From contig JAIPIB010000003.1 of NCBI GenBank assembly GCA_021734905.1, forward strand, positions 1,334-65,333: DNA of 64,000 nt. Reading direction: 5' to 3'. The notes beneath the pieces are model-generated. The model ran no database searches. It was not told the origin of the DNA and was given only the letters and a program-made list of their open reading frames with translations. Within the stretch, counting starts at the first letter, position 1; each line of letters starts with the position of its first letter. Position numbers and translations under genes: made by a program. This document shows, one piece after another, positions 21,744 to 31,754 of the stretch. This DNA is from Minisyncoccota bacterium. GTDB taxonomy: Bacteria > Patescibacteriota > Minisyncoccia > Phycocordibacterales > UBA918.

Positions 21744-21756
21744 ATTAACAATAAGT

Positions 21757-21987
21757 ATACCAGCAAGTCTCCTAAAGACTCCTGGTATTGCAAAGAAAGT
21801 TGAACTGAGGGTAAAGGAAGGTTGTAATAAATCTGGCGATGCAAAAGGTGTGCTCTGTACTAAATTACGAATAAAGTACGAGGATGGAAAGTTTGAAATA
21901 AAAGATAAAAAGAAAATAATGGATAATAGTGATGATGAAGATGAAGATGGTTCAGACACAAGCACAAGTACGTCCAACAGCAACTAG
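21757..21987 (+). pseudogene. Orphan 3' gene fragment with acidic tail
   Basis: IPASLLKTPGIAKK...DDEDEDGSDTSTSTSNSN*; no plausible start, followed by a terminator. Confidence 0.5.
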
Positions 21988-21993
21988 TCACAA

Positions 21994-22033
21994 AATATAT
22001 AAAACTGCCTTACCATAAGGCAGTTTTATATAT
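21994..22033. terminator. Intrinsic terminator
   Basis: atatataaaactgcctta..taaggcagttttatatat. Confidence 0.7.
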
Positions 22034-22073
22034 ATCGCCATTAGTATATAATTCATCTCTAATCTAGATAAAT

Positions 22074-22574
22074 ATGAACTATAAAAAATTACTAATTTTC
22101 TCAATCACTGCGATAATTATTTTCTTTCCAAACAATCAATCATCTGCATATTTCACAACTGCACAGAATGAAATCTTGCTCAATGATGGATCTGGTCTTT
22201 TTCTCATTGAATATTCTTTCAGTAATAAGAAAAACGATATCTCAATGCCTATTCTTGCACAAGAATCAAATTCAAAAAATCGTTCCTTTCTTGAGTATTC
22301 TATTTTCAACAGTCAAGGAGAGACTGTTTCTGGTAAAACAACAGCCATTGTCCTCAGCAATGCACAGATTTTGGATTCGAGATTATATAAAATACCAAAA
22401 GGAACTTTCGGAACATTTACTCTAGCTGTTGTCTTTACTCCAGAAATAAAAGATAAAAAAGAGAAATATCGACTTGAGGTGACCAGTCTCCCTTTTGATT
22501 TTATAGGGCAGGCTCAGCTACAACTAAACCCAAGCGAGCTCCAATACTACACGACGAAATTTCTTCGACTCTAA
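22074..22574 (+). CDS. Hypothetical exported protein
   Basis: Signal-peptide-like N-terminus, 166 aa. Confidence 0.65.
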   Translation: MNYKKLLIFSITAIIIFFPNNQSSAYFTTAQNEILLNDGSGLFLIEYSFSNKKNDISMPILAQESNSKNRSFLEYSIFNSQGETVSGKTTAIVLSNAQILDSRLYKIPKGTFGTFTLAVVFTPEIKDKKEKYRLEVTSLPFDFIGQAQLQLNPSELQYYTTKFLRL

Positions 22575-22593
22575 TCTTAGAGAAATTAGAATT

Positions 22594-23850
22594 TTAGCCT
22601 TTCCCAACATTATCTCCAGCAACCCACCCTGTCGTCCAACAAAGCTGTAATGAATACCCTCCAGAAGGTCTTGCTATATGTAAAACATCTCCTACAACGT
22701 AGAGATTAGTATGCAGTTTTGACCGCATGGTTTTTGTATCTAGTTCCTCAAGGTCCACACCACCATCAGAGACGACAGCCCAGTCATACCCCATTGTCCC
22801 CGTCACTGTAAGTGGAATACCCTTCATTCTGTCTACAATGGCGTTGCGGACAGTTTTTTCAAGACTGTGAGCCTTGCATATCTTTACATCATGAGAAAAT
22901 GATTCCAAGACAGCATCAACAATTCCTTTCTCAAACCATTCTCTAAGCGCATTAGCTAAAGTTTTATTTTGATGCTTTTTAAGAATATCCTGAAGCTTAT
23001 CGCGAACAGCACCGACGTCATCTTTTGGAAAGAGATCAACTACCCCGGTTACTACGCCATTTTTTAGCATTTCTTTAACCTCCAGTGCACTATTTAAAAT
23101 TAATGGGCCAGAGAGACCAAAATGCGTACATAAAACATTGCCTGACTTTGATATTTTTTTTGTTTCTTGTCTGAAAACCACTCCAACATTCTTGAGTGTT
23201 GTCCCTGAGATTCGTCGTACCCACACATCATCAACAACAAGAGGTACGAGATTCGGATTTGATTCATGAACAGTGTGGCCAATTTGAGAAAGCCATGAAA
23301 TTCCCTCACCCGTTGAGCCAGTTTCAGTGTGCGACTTTCCACCACTCGCAACTATATATGATTTGGCAATAAATGTACCTTGTTTTGTTATGATTCCAAC
23401 AATTTTTCCATTAAGCATTTTAAAGCCATCTACGCACGTATCAATGAGTACAGTCACATTATTTTTTTTAATGTACTCAATCATGGTTTGCGTAACATCC
23501 GATGCTTTCTGCGTCTCAGGAAATGCGCGCTTTCTATCTTCAATAATTAGTGGCAATTTTTTGTCTGTAAAAAACTTAAATGTTCTTTGAACGTCAAATT
23601 GTGAAAACGGTGAGTATAAGAATTGCTCTGCATCACCATAATGCCTGAGAAGTTCCCGAATGTTAAACTCAGCGTTAGTTATATTGCACCTACCACCGCC
23701 TGTAATTGAAAGTTTTTTTCCCAAAACAGCATTTTTCTCAATCAGAAGAACATGAAGTCCACGTTCCGCAGCACGCCCAGCAGCCATCATCCCTGCAGGA
23801 CCACCACCGATGACAATAACATCATATGTGTTAATGATTGACATAATCAC
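22594..23850 (-). CDS. HI0933/BaiN-YhiN family flavoprotein
   Basis: GGGPAGMMAA, GKKLSITGGGRCNITN, THFGLSGP, GGYSLQ. Confidence 0.93.
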   Translation of the reverse strand: MIMSIINTYDVIVIGGGPAGMMAAGRAAERGLHVLLIEKNAVLGKKLSITGGGRCNITNAEFNIRELLRHYGDAEQFLYSPFSQFDVQRTFKFFTDKKLPLIIEDRKRAFPETQKASDVTQTMIEYIKKNNVTVLIDTCVDGFKMLNGKIVGIITKQGTFIAKSYIVASGGKSHTETGSTGEGISWLSQIGHTVHESNPNLVPLVVDDVWVRRISGTTLKNVGVVFRQETKKISKSGNVLCTHFGLSGPLILNSALEVKEMLKNGVVTGVVDLFPKDDVGAVRDKLQDILKKHQNKTLANALREWFEKGIVDAVLESFSHDVKICKAHSLEKTVRNAIVDRMKGIPLTVTGTMGYDWAVVSDGGVDLEELDTKTMRSKLHTNLYVVGDVLHIARPSGGYSLQLCWTTGWVAGDNVGKG

Positions 23851-23887
23851 GAAATAATAGCATAATCAACCCTCAAATAAAAGAACT

Positions 23888-24601
23888 ATGGAATTCCCCA
23901 TGCGTATCAATAAGTTTCTTGCCCACCAAGGCTATGCCACCCGCAGAAGTGCGGATGCACTTATTGAAAAAGGACGAGTTTTTATAAACGGAAAACCATC
24001 AACTCTCGGACAAAAAGTCACTGAGAAAGATCTTGTTGAAATCAAAGATTTCGATTCAACTAAATTTCGGTATATCCTCTATTATAAACCTCGAGGTGTT
24101 ATCACACACTCACCTGAGGAAGGCGAAATTGATATTATTACTCGTATTCGCAAGGATCACAGCATAACGAATGTCTTCCCCATTGGACGCCTTGATAAGG
24201 ACTCTGAGGGCCTCATACTGCTTACCAATGACGGTAGGGTCACTGAACGTATACTCAATCCTGAACTTGGCCATGAACGAGAATACGAAGTAACCGTAGA
24301 CAAGCGGGTCACACAGAGTCTTCTCAATCGTCTTGCAAAAGGTGTTCTCATAGAGGGATATCTGACAAAACCTGCAAAAGCACTACCTAATAAAGGCAAC
24401 GATCATGCTTTTATCATTACCCTGACTGAAGGAAAAAAACATCAAGTGAGACGCATGTGTGCGGCATTTGGATACCAGGTACAATCTCTCAAAAGAACAA
24501 GGATGCTTGATTTTGAACTGAGATCACTTCGACCGGGGGCGAAATATGAACTAACCTCAAGAGAAGCAAAAACCTTCCAGACCACACTTGGTCTACATTA
24601 G
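23888..24601 (+). CDS. rRNA pseudouridine synthase (RsuA/RluB/F family) with S4 domain
   Basis: RINKFLA S4 domain, GRLDKDSEGL, EGKKHQVRRM. Confidence 0.93.
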   Translation: MEFPMRINKFLAHQGYATRRSADALIEKGRVFINGKPSTLGQKVTEKDLVEIKDFDSTKFRYILYYKPRGVITHSPEEGEIDIITRIRKDHSITNVFPIGRLDKDSEGLILLTNDGRVTERILNPELGHEREYEVTVDKRVTQSLLNRLAKGVLIEGYLTKPAKALPNKGNDHAFIITLTEGKKHQVRRMCAAFGYQVQSLKRTRMLDFELRSLRPGAKYELTSREAKTFQTTLGLH

Positions 24602-25077
24602 TCTTTTGAAGTATTATCTTTACAGTAATCTGCATTAATAACTTTAAACGTTTTGTGGAAGAAGAGATACGCGACAAGGTTTGCGAAAGCAAAAGTTGCA
24701 AAAAGAGCATTAACTTCGAGTGTGTAATTTCGGGAGTTGAAAATTATCTCAATCGTTGGTGCAATAATGGCTATTTCAACAAGAAATTTAATATTAATAT
24801 GTCGTGTTTCTGCATATGAAACAAGAATTTTATAGGCCTTTACGAGGACAATAGTAAACGCAATTGTATGCAGTAACCCTAGCTCGAGCACACTACGTTC
24901 AGGTGCAGAAAGTATAACCTTGGCTGAAGATGATATATCAAAAATTCCAGTAACAAGAGCAAGTACTCCAGCAACAAGAGAACTCACCATATAGAGGACG
25001 AGTGTCAGAGCAACAAAATACACATACCCAGACACGACATAATTCATTACTTCAGCAACAAGACTTTCTTTTTTCAT
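24598..25077 (-). CDS. 4-TM membrane protein (PsiE-like)
   Basis: Four hydrophobic segments, Y.ETRHI..KFLVEIAI. Confidence 0.55.
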   Translation of the reverse strand: MKKESLVAEVMNYVVSGYVYFVALTLVLYMVSSLVAGVLALVTGIFDISSSAKVILSAPERSVLELGLLHTIAFTIVLVKAYKILVSYAETRHINIKFLVEIAIIAPTIEIIFNSRNYTLEVNALFATFAFANLVAYLFFHKTFKVINADYCKDNTSKD

Positions 25078-25217
25078 ACTACATTAATTAATATTAACTC
25101 TTACAAACAAACTTTATATAAATGACGTGGTCGATATGCCAAATCCATTAAAAAACTGCAAATTGGTTAATAGAATTATAATCATACAGGAGATTAATAT
25201 CTAGAGAGTTTGTACAC

Positions 25218-25248
25218 AAAAACCGCATGACCAGAGGTCATGCGGTTT
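25218..25248 (-). terminator. Terminator of the cold-shock gene
   Basis: aaaaccgcatgacc..ggtcatgcggtttt. Confidence 0.75.
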
Positions 25249-25263
25249 TATAAGTGATTTGGT

Positions 25264-25467
25264 TTATGCGAGCTGTACATTGACAGCAGCAAGTCCCTTA
25301 TCTCCTTCCTCAACTTCATATGTCACAGCATCACCTTCTTTAAGTGAATCGTACATAAGTCCGTCGGCGAGTGATCGCGCGTGGAAGAAAAGATCCTTGT
25401 CGCCTCCCTCATCGGGAGTGATGAAACCAAATCCTCGGTCAGTAAGACGAGCGATTTTTCCCTTCAT
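25264..25467 (-). CDS. csp: Cold-shock protein
   Basis: RGFGFI, DLFFH RNP motifs, 67 aa. Confidence 0.95.
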   Translation of the reverse strand: MKGKIARLTDRGFGFITPDEGGDKDLFFHARSLADGLMYDSLKEGDAVTYEVEEGDKGLAAVNVQLA

Positions 25468-25731
25468 TGATCTATCATTTATTGAATAATCAAAACCGTT
25501 GTGCTACTGATCCGACTAGCTCAGGCCCCTGTTTTGTACCGACTATATTACCACACAATAATAAATTGTCGATATTAAACAGCAATACTGGGGATTACTT
25601 CTGTTTCTTATCGTGCTATTGACTTTTTGACACATTGCTGTATAATGAAAGAGATAGTTCCCTCTTTAGTTCTAGCCCCAAAGTATGTCATGTCAGGCAG
25701 TGCCCATTATACTTTGTATAATATTATCTTT

Positions 25732-26121
25732 ATGAATAAAGCCTTTTTCTATCTATCAATACATACAGCTCTTCTAGCTGTGCTATTCACAGTGCCGACA
25801 GCAACATTTGCAGACGAAACGTTTAATGTAGGTACCGTAATGACCACTGCAACATTTAGATTTAACAATGAAAATTGGTTTACTGTAGAACATCCCAAAA
25901 TTGCCACATTTACCATACAGGACGACGGAAGTTCGTATGGGATGACAGAGACAGGAATTTCATTTATCCAATACAATGTTCCAAATCAAATTGGCGCCAG
26001 GATCCAGAGATTTGAAATCCAGGACCACTATCACTATATTGTTGATGGAACCATTACGTACTCTCTTGGAGATTTCTCTGTGCAGCTTGCACAAGCATAT
26101 TCAAAATCACTTTCAACATAG
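25732..26121 (+). CDS. Hypothetical exported protein
   Basis: Signal peptide MNKAFF...ATFA, followed by a terminator. Confidence 0.55.
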   Translation: MNKAFFYLSIHTALLAVLFTVPTATFADETFNVGTVMTTATFRFNNENWFTVEHPKIATFTIQDDGSSYGMTETGISFIQYNVPNQIGARIQRFEIQDHYHYIVDGTITYSLGDFSVQLAQAYSKSLST

Positions 26122-26126
26122 TTTAT

Positions 26127-26164
26127 GGTCAAAAAATCACTGGTTCCCAGTGATTTTTTTGACC
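26127..26164. terminator. Bidirectional terminator
   Basis: ggtcaaaaaatcactgg..ccagtgattttttgacc between convergent genes. Confidence 0.7.
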
Positions 26165-26179
26165 CAGCACTCAATACTG

Positions 26180-26728
26180 CTAGATACTTTTTACGTAACC
26201 GAGCATCGTGTCAGCATCACTCACTTCAAATGGGTCTGATTCACAGTTATCGCTGAATCCCGGCTCAATAAATACTTTTTTTATTTCACCGTTATCAACA
26301 AACATACTGTATCTCCATGACCGACTGCCAAATCCTAGATTATCTTTTTTTACGAGCATCCCAACTTTTTCAGTAAATTCGAATGAACCATCTGGAATAA
26401 GCTGTACTTTGGTAACTCCTTGCCCCCTACCCCACTCATACATGACAAATGGATCGTTGACGCTCACACAGTAAATTGCATCAATACCAAGTGCTTTAAA
26501 TTCCTCAAACTTGGATTCATAGCCTGGAAGATGCGTTGATGAACATGTAGGTGTATATGCTCCTGGCAAAGCAAAGACAATTACCTTCTTTCCAGAGAAC
26601 ATTTCGTCTGTGGTTAACTCTCCCCACTCTGCATCAATAGCTGAACAGAGACCTGTTTGAACTTCGTGTGGCACACGAACCTTAAAAGTAACTTCTGGTA
26701 CCTGCTTTACAAAATTTTCTTCTGTCAT
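26180..26728 (-). CDS. Peroxiredoxin (Prx5/Ahp1 type)
   Basis: LPGAYTPTCS, SVNDPFVM, GFGSRSWRYSM. Confidence 0.93.
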   Translation of the reverse strand: MTEENFVKQVPEVTFKVRVPHEVQTGLCSAIDAEWGELTTDEMFSGKKVIVFALPGAYTPTCSSTHLPGYESKFEEFKALGIDAIYCVSVNDPFVMYEWGRGQGVTKVQLIPDGSFEFTEKVGMLVKKDNLGFGSRSWRYSMFVDNGEIKKVFIEPGFSDNCESDPFEVSDADTMLGYVKSI

Positions 26729-26860
26729 ATTTTCAATAAATATTATTGTGGGTAAATCAAATTTCAATCAAATCTGAGCTTTTCATTTTATACTATTTTT
26801 CCAATCCAACAAATATGACCAAATTGGTGGATTATTAAACACAACAAACACACGGATAAT

Positions 26861-27526
26861 CTAGAAGCGCAAATAAGTATTTCCAAAATTAGTCTTTATT
26901 CTAATAATTCCTAGTAATCCTAGAAATGTAACAAAAGCTATACCGCGAGAAGTTTTTGATCTAAAGAGGTCTCTATAAAAATTTTGTATAGATTCTGAAA
27001 AACCTTGAAAATCTCCAGCAATAACACTTGCAATCATGGATGGAATTTTTTGTTTGTCTTTATGTCCGTTCTCTCGATCATCATTCTTCTTTTCGTTCTG
27101 ACCTTCATCGATATTTTCTTTCTTCAAATCATCCTCAACAGCAATTTTCTTTATTGGCTTTATCAATGCATCTGTAGCAATCTTTTTGTACGGTGACTCA
27201 GAAACCTCGCTATAAATAAATGGCCGTGCATCAACTGTCGTTGTTGCTTGTGTCGATTTTTTTGAGCTACTTTGAGTATTACTGGTTGACACTGTCGGTG
27301 AAACAGGCGATGTCTGTACATACGTCTTGCCATTATTTGCCGTAAGCTTAAAATTTATAGAAGACATCCCGACGTTTTTTGATACGCCAACTGTATGTTG
27401 CGTAAGTGTGAAATTTGTACTTGAAAGTACTGCATGGACAGTGTGATATGGAATACTTACCAAACACAAAAGACCAAATGCGGCTCCCAATAAACCTTTT
27501 ATTCTATATTCGCTGCCCTGAAACAT
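26861..27526 (-). CDS. Hypothetical exported/membrane protein
   Basis: Signal peptide, SSTNF repeats, C-terminal TM. Confidence 0.6.
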   Translation of the reverse strand: MFQGSEYRIKGLLGAAFGLLCLVSIPYHTVHAVLSSTNFTLTQHTVGVSKNVGMSSINFKLTANNGKTYVQTSPVSPTVSTSNTQSSSKKSTQATTTVDARPFIYSEVSESPYKKIATDALIKPIKKIAVEDDLKKENIDEGQNEKKNDDRENGHKDKQKIPSMIASVIAGDFQGFSESIQNFYRDLFRSKTSRGIAFVTFLGLLGIIRIKTNFGNTYLRF

Positions 27527-27527
27527 A

Positions 27528-29612
27528 TTATATGTTTAGATTTTCAGACGCCGCCTCATCCACAACTTCATTCTCAGCATTCACTGTCTGCACTTCTTCA
27601 ATAACTTCCTCCACAACTACTTCCTGAAGATATGTATCTTCTATACTCTCTTCATCACTTAGAGCATCTTCAGATACCTCTAAAACCTCTTCAATTTCCT
27701 GAACAGGTTCACTGCTTGCCGCAGGAACCTCCTCTTTCATCTTCTCTATAAGATTTCGATCTTCTTGATGCAGTTTCTTGAGATTTTCAATTTCATTTCT
27801 AAGTATGCGCACATCGTTTTCAAGTCTTTCGGTTCGTGCAAAATAATTTTCTACTTTTGCATTGAGTTCTTTAATTGCTTCAACAACAACAGCGATAATA
27901 TTTCGTGTGTTAACTGAAAGATACTGACCACCGTCACGGACGACCTCAGGAAGTATCAATTGGAGTTCTTGTGCAATAAATCCAATTTCCGTTTGTTCAC
28001 CAAATCGTTCTTTGTCCCTCCACTCATAGCGGACTCCGCGAAGTTTTAAGACGGTATCAAGCGCATTATCAATACCGTGAATATTTTTCTTAAGATTTTC
28101 ATCTGATGGATCTCGTATAATATTTCCATTTGCATCCGTTGTAAGATTTGTCGCGCCTCCCTCAAGATCTGAGGACTGTATTGAACCACGCACAGTTAAC
28201 GTTGGAATTCCGAAATTAATATCACCAGTATTAATGCTCACATCAGGATCATTGAAACTATCTCCATTATTCGTGGTAAATCTAAGGTCTGCAGGAGTCG
28301 TGAGGCTCACGTACATTTCATCCGTTCCAAGCCCCTGCAAATCAAACGTTAAATCATTGGGTAGAGAGGAGTCATAGAGAAGTGACAAGACATCTTCGTC
28401 TGTTCCAAAGCTGAAACCGGAAGTATCTCCAACCTTTAGTCCAGCCTCAAAATATGAAACATCTCCACTCTCAACATAAAATGCCCCTGCAAAAGAATTA
28501 ATTGTATCTTCTAAGTTCGTAAAGCTTGATGCACTAATTTCTCCACTTGAAACAGTAAGCCCACCTGAGAGGACCTGCACACCACTTAACATATTAATAT
28601 TGAAAAATTGGTCAAATCCTTCGCCCAGAGCAGTACTTGTAAGTGTCACATTCCCTATTCCACCAGATCCACCAAGTAAAAATGATGGGCCGTTTAACGG
28701 GTCATCTCCCTCAACGCCGACAGCATTTGCAATAAGCTTGAGTGAACCGGGAGTTTTAATATTCACAACATTATTTACTATGGCGTTGCCGTACATTCCA
28801 ATCATAAGGTCATTCATTCCGAGGTTTTCGTCAGCGGTGTTTGTAAAAAGAGAAAGCCCCCCTGTGGTGGTTCCAAATAATACCCCCTTTCCATCTGCAA
28901 ATTGAATATTCCCAGCAAAATACGAGTTCTCAGGGCTGAGCATTTTGAACACCCCATTATTAAGCACAGAGAGCATTTGCGTACCTCCGCTCACTATATT
29001 AAGAAGATCCCCTTCACCTTGCTGATTGAGTGTAAAGAGTGTACTAGCACTAGAAGTGCTCAGATTAAAAAGATGCCCAGCACGTAAAAATGCTGATGCT
29101 TGAAGACCGTCTAAGAGATCACTATTAATTGCATATCCAGACGAACCAAGACGCTCTCGTGGTGTCATTTCAGTGTCACTTCCAACTTTCATTCCGAGAT
29201 AATAAGTGTCATCATTAAAATCAAGATCATCGAACTCATTCCCAATACCTGACCCAAGCATCACCTGAAACGAACCATTGGACACATCTACGGAAGGGTA
29301 AATACCCTCCCACAAAACAGTACCTGTTGCAGCTTCGTCATATATTTTAAATACCATATCATACGACCCTGTAAGTTGTGATCCACTAGAATTAGCTAAA
29401 GTTCCTGAAAAAGGAATCTGTGCATTTATACCAACACCTGCAAATGTACTACTCGGAAATATGAAAACAAGAAAACCAAGAATGAGAAAAATGAGCACGC
29501 GATGTAAATCAAAAGACTGTGCTGGCATACTACTATCATACGACTCGCCACAATAAAGACAAGAATTATCTCTGTGGTGTAACCTTTGATCAGGTATGTC
29601 AATGCCAGTCAT
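27528..29612 (-). CDS. Fibre-like surface protein with peptidase S74 intramolecular chaperone domain
   Basis: PSDENLKKNI..LRGVRYEW..IGFIAQE then coiled coil; N-terminal QIPFSGTL..F..Y..GSF.V.LG..EMTPR domain; acidic tail. Confidence 0.8.
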   Translation of the reverse strand: MTGIDIPDQRLHHRDNSCLYCGESYDSSMPAQSFDLHRVLIFLILGFLVFIFPSSTFAGVGINAQIPFSGTLANSSGSQLTGSYDMVFKIYDEAATGTVLWEGIYPSVDVSNGSFQVMLGSGIGNEFDDLDFNDDTYYLGMKVGSDTEMTPRERLGSSGYAINSDLLDGLQASAFLRAGHLFNLSTSSASTLFTLNQQGEGDLLNIVSGGTQMLSVLNNGVFKMLSPENSYFAGNIQFADGKGVLFGTTTGGLSLFTNTADENLGMNDLMIGMYGNAIVNNVVNIKTPGSLKLIANAVGVEGDDPLNGPSFLLGGSGGIGNVTLTSTALGEGFDQFFNINMLSGVQVLSGGLTVSSGEISASSFTNLEDTINSFAGAFYVESGDVSYFEAGLKVGDTSGFSFGTDEDVLSLLYDSSLPNDLTFDLQGLGTDEMYVSLTTPADLRFTTNNGDSFNDPDVSINTGDINFGIPTLTVRGSIQSSDLEGGATNLTTDANGNIIRDPSDENLKKNIHGIDNALDTVLKLRGVRYEWRDKERFGEQTEIGFIAQELQLILPEVVRDGGQYLSVNTRNIIAVVVEAIKELNAKVENYFARTERLENDVRILRNEIENLKKLHQEDRNLIEKMKEEVPAASSEPVQEIEEVLEVSEDALSDEESIEDTYLQEVVVEEVIEEVQTVNAENEVVDEAASENLNI

Positions 29613-29655
29613 TCTGCATTCTATGACTAAAAACTGACCTCTGCTCAGGCGATCC

Positions 29656-30246
29656 CTAATACCAAACTGGCGTACAACTAACAGATCTCTGGTTAAAGCA
29701 ACCGCATCCAGAACACCACGAGCTTGAGCCCGCTATCGATTCATTACAATAATTTATCGAGGACTGATTGCCCGTACACGGAAAGCTTGAAACACAACCT
29801 GATTGAAGATTGGGACATTGGTAATGCCTAAGTGTTGGCGGCGGCGCTGGAGGAAACGATGTGTAACATGTCGATCCAATGCAAAAACGTGATGCCGTCA
29901 CACTATTTACACCAGAAATACTATTCCCGTTCATATTCAAATTCATAGTTGCAGTATGGTTCCCAAGATTATCAGTCCCTCCCCCTAATTCACTCATCCA
30001 CTTACCAGCTACCGTTGAATAAATATCATTCGCCGTTACATTACCTGCAGTGGTAAGACTTCCTGCAGTAAAATCACCAGTCTTCGTCTGTGCAGTTGCA
30101 CTTGTGTTAATTGGCGCACTCACATTACCACTGGGCGGTGGAAGATTTGGTGGTGTCCACGTGGTAGCAAACACATATGAAATACTGAATGCAAATATAA
30201 GAACTATTGCTGAGACGAATGATGTTTTGTGGGGTTTATTGAGCAT
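29656..30246 (-). CDS. Exported adhesin/pilus-tip-like protein with Cys-rich C-terminus
   Basis: Signal peptide, WTPP..PPSGNVSAPINTS..QTK, DNLGNHTAT, many C-terminal Cys. Confidence 0.6.
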   Translation of the reverse strand: MLNKPHKTSFVSAIVLIFAFSISYVFATTWTPPNLPPPSGNVSAPINTSATAQTKTGDFTAGSLTTAGNVTANDIYSTVAGKWMSELGGGTDNLGNHTATMNLNMNGNSISGVNSVTASRFCIGSTCYTSFPPAPPPTLRHYQCPNLQSGCVSSFPCTGNQSSINYCNESIAGSSSWCSGCGCFNQRSVSCTPVWY

Positions 30247-30847
30247 AATCATTTTCAAAAACTTGGATCTCACTTGCAGTGAATTCCTTTATATCTTTTA
30301 TATTTTCAATTGCTGTAATCGTAATGAGATTGCCGACTTGTATATTGCTAACTTCAGTAGGAATCAGTGAAAACGGTGTTGGTGGAGTTGGGAGAGATGT
30401 TGCTCCTATACTTGATGTGGCAACTGCAAAAGCTTCCATCTCTGCTCGCATAACCTCCTGACTTTTTTGTACGAGTGCCAGAATTTTCGTATTAGGGCCG
30501 ATAACAATAATACGCTCATTGAGTTCTGGATCTTCAAAAGGACTTAGAGAATTTACCCGTACTGAAATAAGGTTCTCCTTAATCTCAGTGACATTCCCAG
30601 AAACCGACCGAATATCATCAGAAGTAATGAACACACTGCCGAGATTGCTGTCTAAAACTCTTTTCTTTGCAGCGTCAAAACCTTCTTGATAATAGGATTC
30701 GGGTGAACGAGATTCTTCCTGTTGAAGAGGAGGCTCTTTGAAGTATAAAAACGTTAAACCTATGCCTATGATGAGGCCAAGAAACACTAGTAATATGTTA
30801 AAAAACATATGGTACGGGTGCGTATGTACATCCTGTTGATTCAACAT
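30236..30847 (-). CDS. Hypothetical membrane-anchored protein
   Basis: Single N-terminal TM, OB-like beta region. Confidence 0.6.
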   Translation of the reverse strand: MLNQQDVHTHPYHMFFNILLVFLGLIIGIGLTFLYFKEPPLQQEESRSPESYYQEGFDAAKKRVLDSNLGSVFITSDDIRSVSGNVTEIKENLISVRVNSLSPFEDPELNERIIVIGPNTKILALVQKSQEVMRAEMEAFAVATSSIGATSLPTPPTPFSLIPTEVSNIQVGNLITITAIENIKDIKEFTASEIQVFENDYAQ

Positions 30848-30997
30848 ATTTCTATTATGTATAGTATAACTTTAATATCCTTAAATATACTAAAATGTTG
30901 TTGATAAAAATCAGTCCGTCGGCGTATATCGTGTAGTTTGCTATTTTTATATTTTTGTGGTAAAAAATAATCCCACCAACCGTTTTGGGAGAAGAAA

Positions 30998-31345
30998 TTG
31001 CATAAAGACAAGCGTGAGTTGAATCAATTGAAAAACATAGCCGGCAGAATCTTGTGCGCACTTGAAAGCACTGGAGGATCGGCCGCAACAAAGCTCTTGC
31101 AGCGGCGACTGCATGAGCGAAACGGCAAAGACTACAGTCTAATCGAAATCGATCGTGCCTGCACAGTACTTGCGCAGGAGTCCCTTATCACGACGGAAGA
31201 TTCCTCAATGCATACGCTGACTGATTCAGGCAGGCGTGTTGTATCTGAAATCATAATTCTGTCGGAGAAGAGGCCCTCCCCACACAGGAGATTCACTCGA
31301 CAAACCTACAGTCCGTCCCAGGTACAAGTATCCGCAAGTCCTTAA
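30998..31345 (+). CDS. Hypothetical small protein, possible winged helix
   Basis: L..ESLI....HTLTDSGRR pattern; terminator follows; start uncertain. Confidence 0.45.
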   Translation: MHKDKRELNQLKNIAGRILCALESTGGSAATKLLQRRLHERNGKDYSLIEIDRACTVLAQESLITTEDSSMHTLTDSGRRVVSEIIILSEKRPSPHRRFTRQTYSPSQVQVSASP

Positions 31346-31506
31346 ATGGACACACCTGATACACCGGCGCATCCTCGGATGCGCTGTTTTTATTCACTCA
31401 AATTACTAAATACACGACACACTATTGCTATTTCCTTATTTTTTGGCACAATCAATGAGTTCTAATTCTGTAGAGTAGCGATAGATGAATGAATAAGGTG
31501 TACCAT

Positions 31507-31577
31507 TGCCCGATCGTCTAATGGTAGGACACATGGTTTTGGTCCATGGAATCGAGGTTCGAGCCCTTGTCGGGCAG
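31507..31577 (+). tRNA. tRNA-Gln(UUG), no encoded CCA
   Basis: tgcccga/tcgggca acceptor, catgg-ttTTGgt-ccatg anticodon arm, GGTTCGAG T-loop. Confidence 0.95.
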
Positions 31578-31754
31578 CAGTTAGTAAAAATCCGCAACAA
31601 GCGGATTTTTGCGTTACTGCTGCAACGACAGAACAGTCTGGGAGACTGTTCGAAAGGGCTCGAAGACCTTGCCAGATATTTTATGACGTAAGGAAATAAA
31701 ATATCGACAAGATATACTACCTATGTAATGGGAGAGACCTTTTGTCAGGCAGCA
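31578..31754 (+). repeat. tRNA-associated three-hairpin element, copy 1 (3' of tRNA-Gln)
   Basis: Antisense tRNA 3' end split by hairpin gaacagtct..agactgttc, stem B cttgccagatatttta..taaaatatcgacaag, tgtaat loop, degenerate direct copy gagaccttttgtcaggcagca. Confidence 0.75.

Noticed and set aside
21744-21770. LexA/SOS box upstream of the umuD unit or uvr genes
   Set aside because: No shared palindrome could be identified by eye.
21744-21983. N-terminal extension of the 295-aa ORF, and similar extensions of parB, miaA and the pilin
   Set aside because: Low-complexity or antisense read-through; internal ATGs with -10 boxes fit better.
25468-25560. cspA-like thermosensor 5' UTR
   Set aside because: Plausible position, but I cannot confirm a structure or family match from the sequence.
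27528-29612. Prophage
   Set aside because: Only the S74 domain is phage-like; no capsid, terminase, portal or integrase genes.
31506-31691. ORFs overlapping tRNAs (31506-31691, 57590-57829, 60949-61185, 61058-61261)
   Set aside because: Spurious translations of tRNA and hairpin sequence.
31557-31754. attL/attR of an integrated island at tRNA-Gln (likewise tRNA-Tyr)
   Set aside because: The direct repeats are only ~170 bp apart, there is no integrase or cargo gene, and ordinary att sites do not explain the antisense copies or the shared hairpin core.
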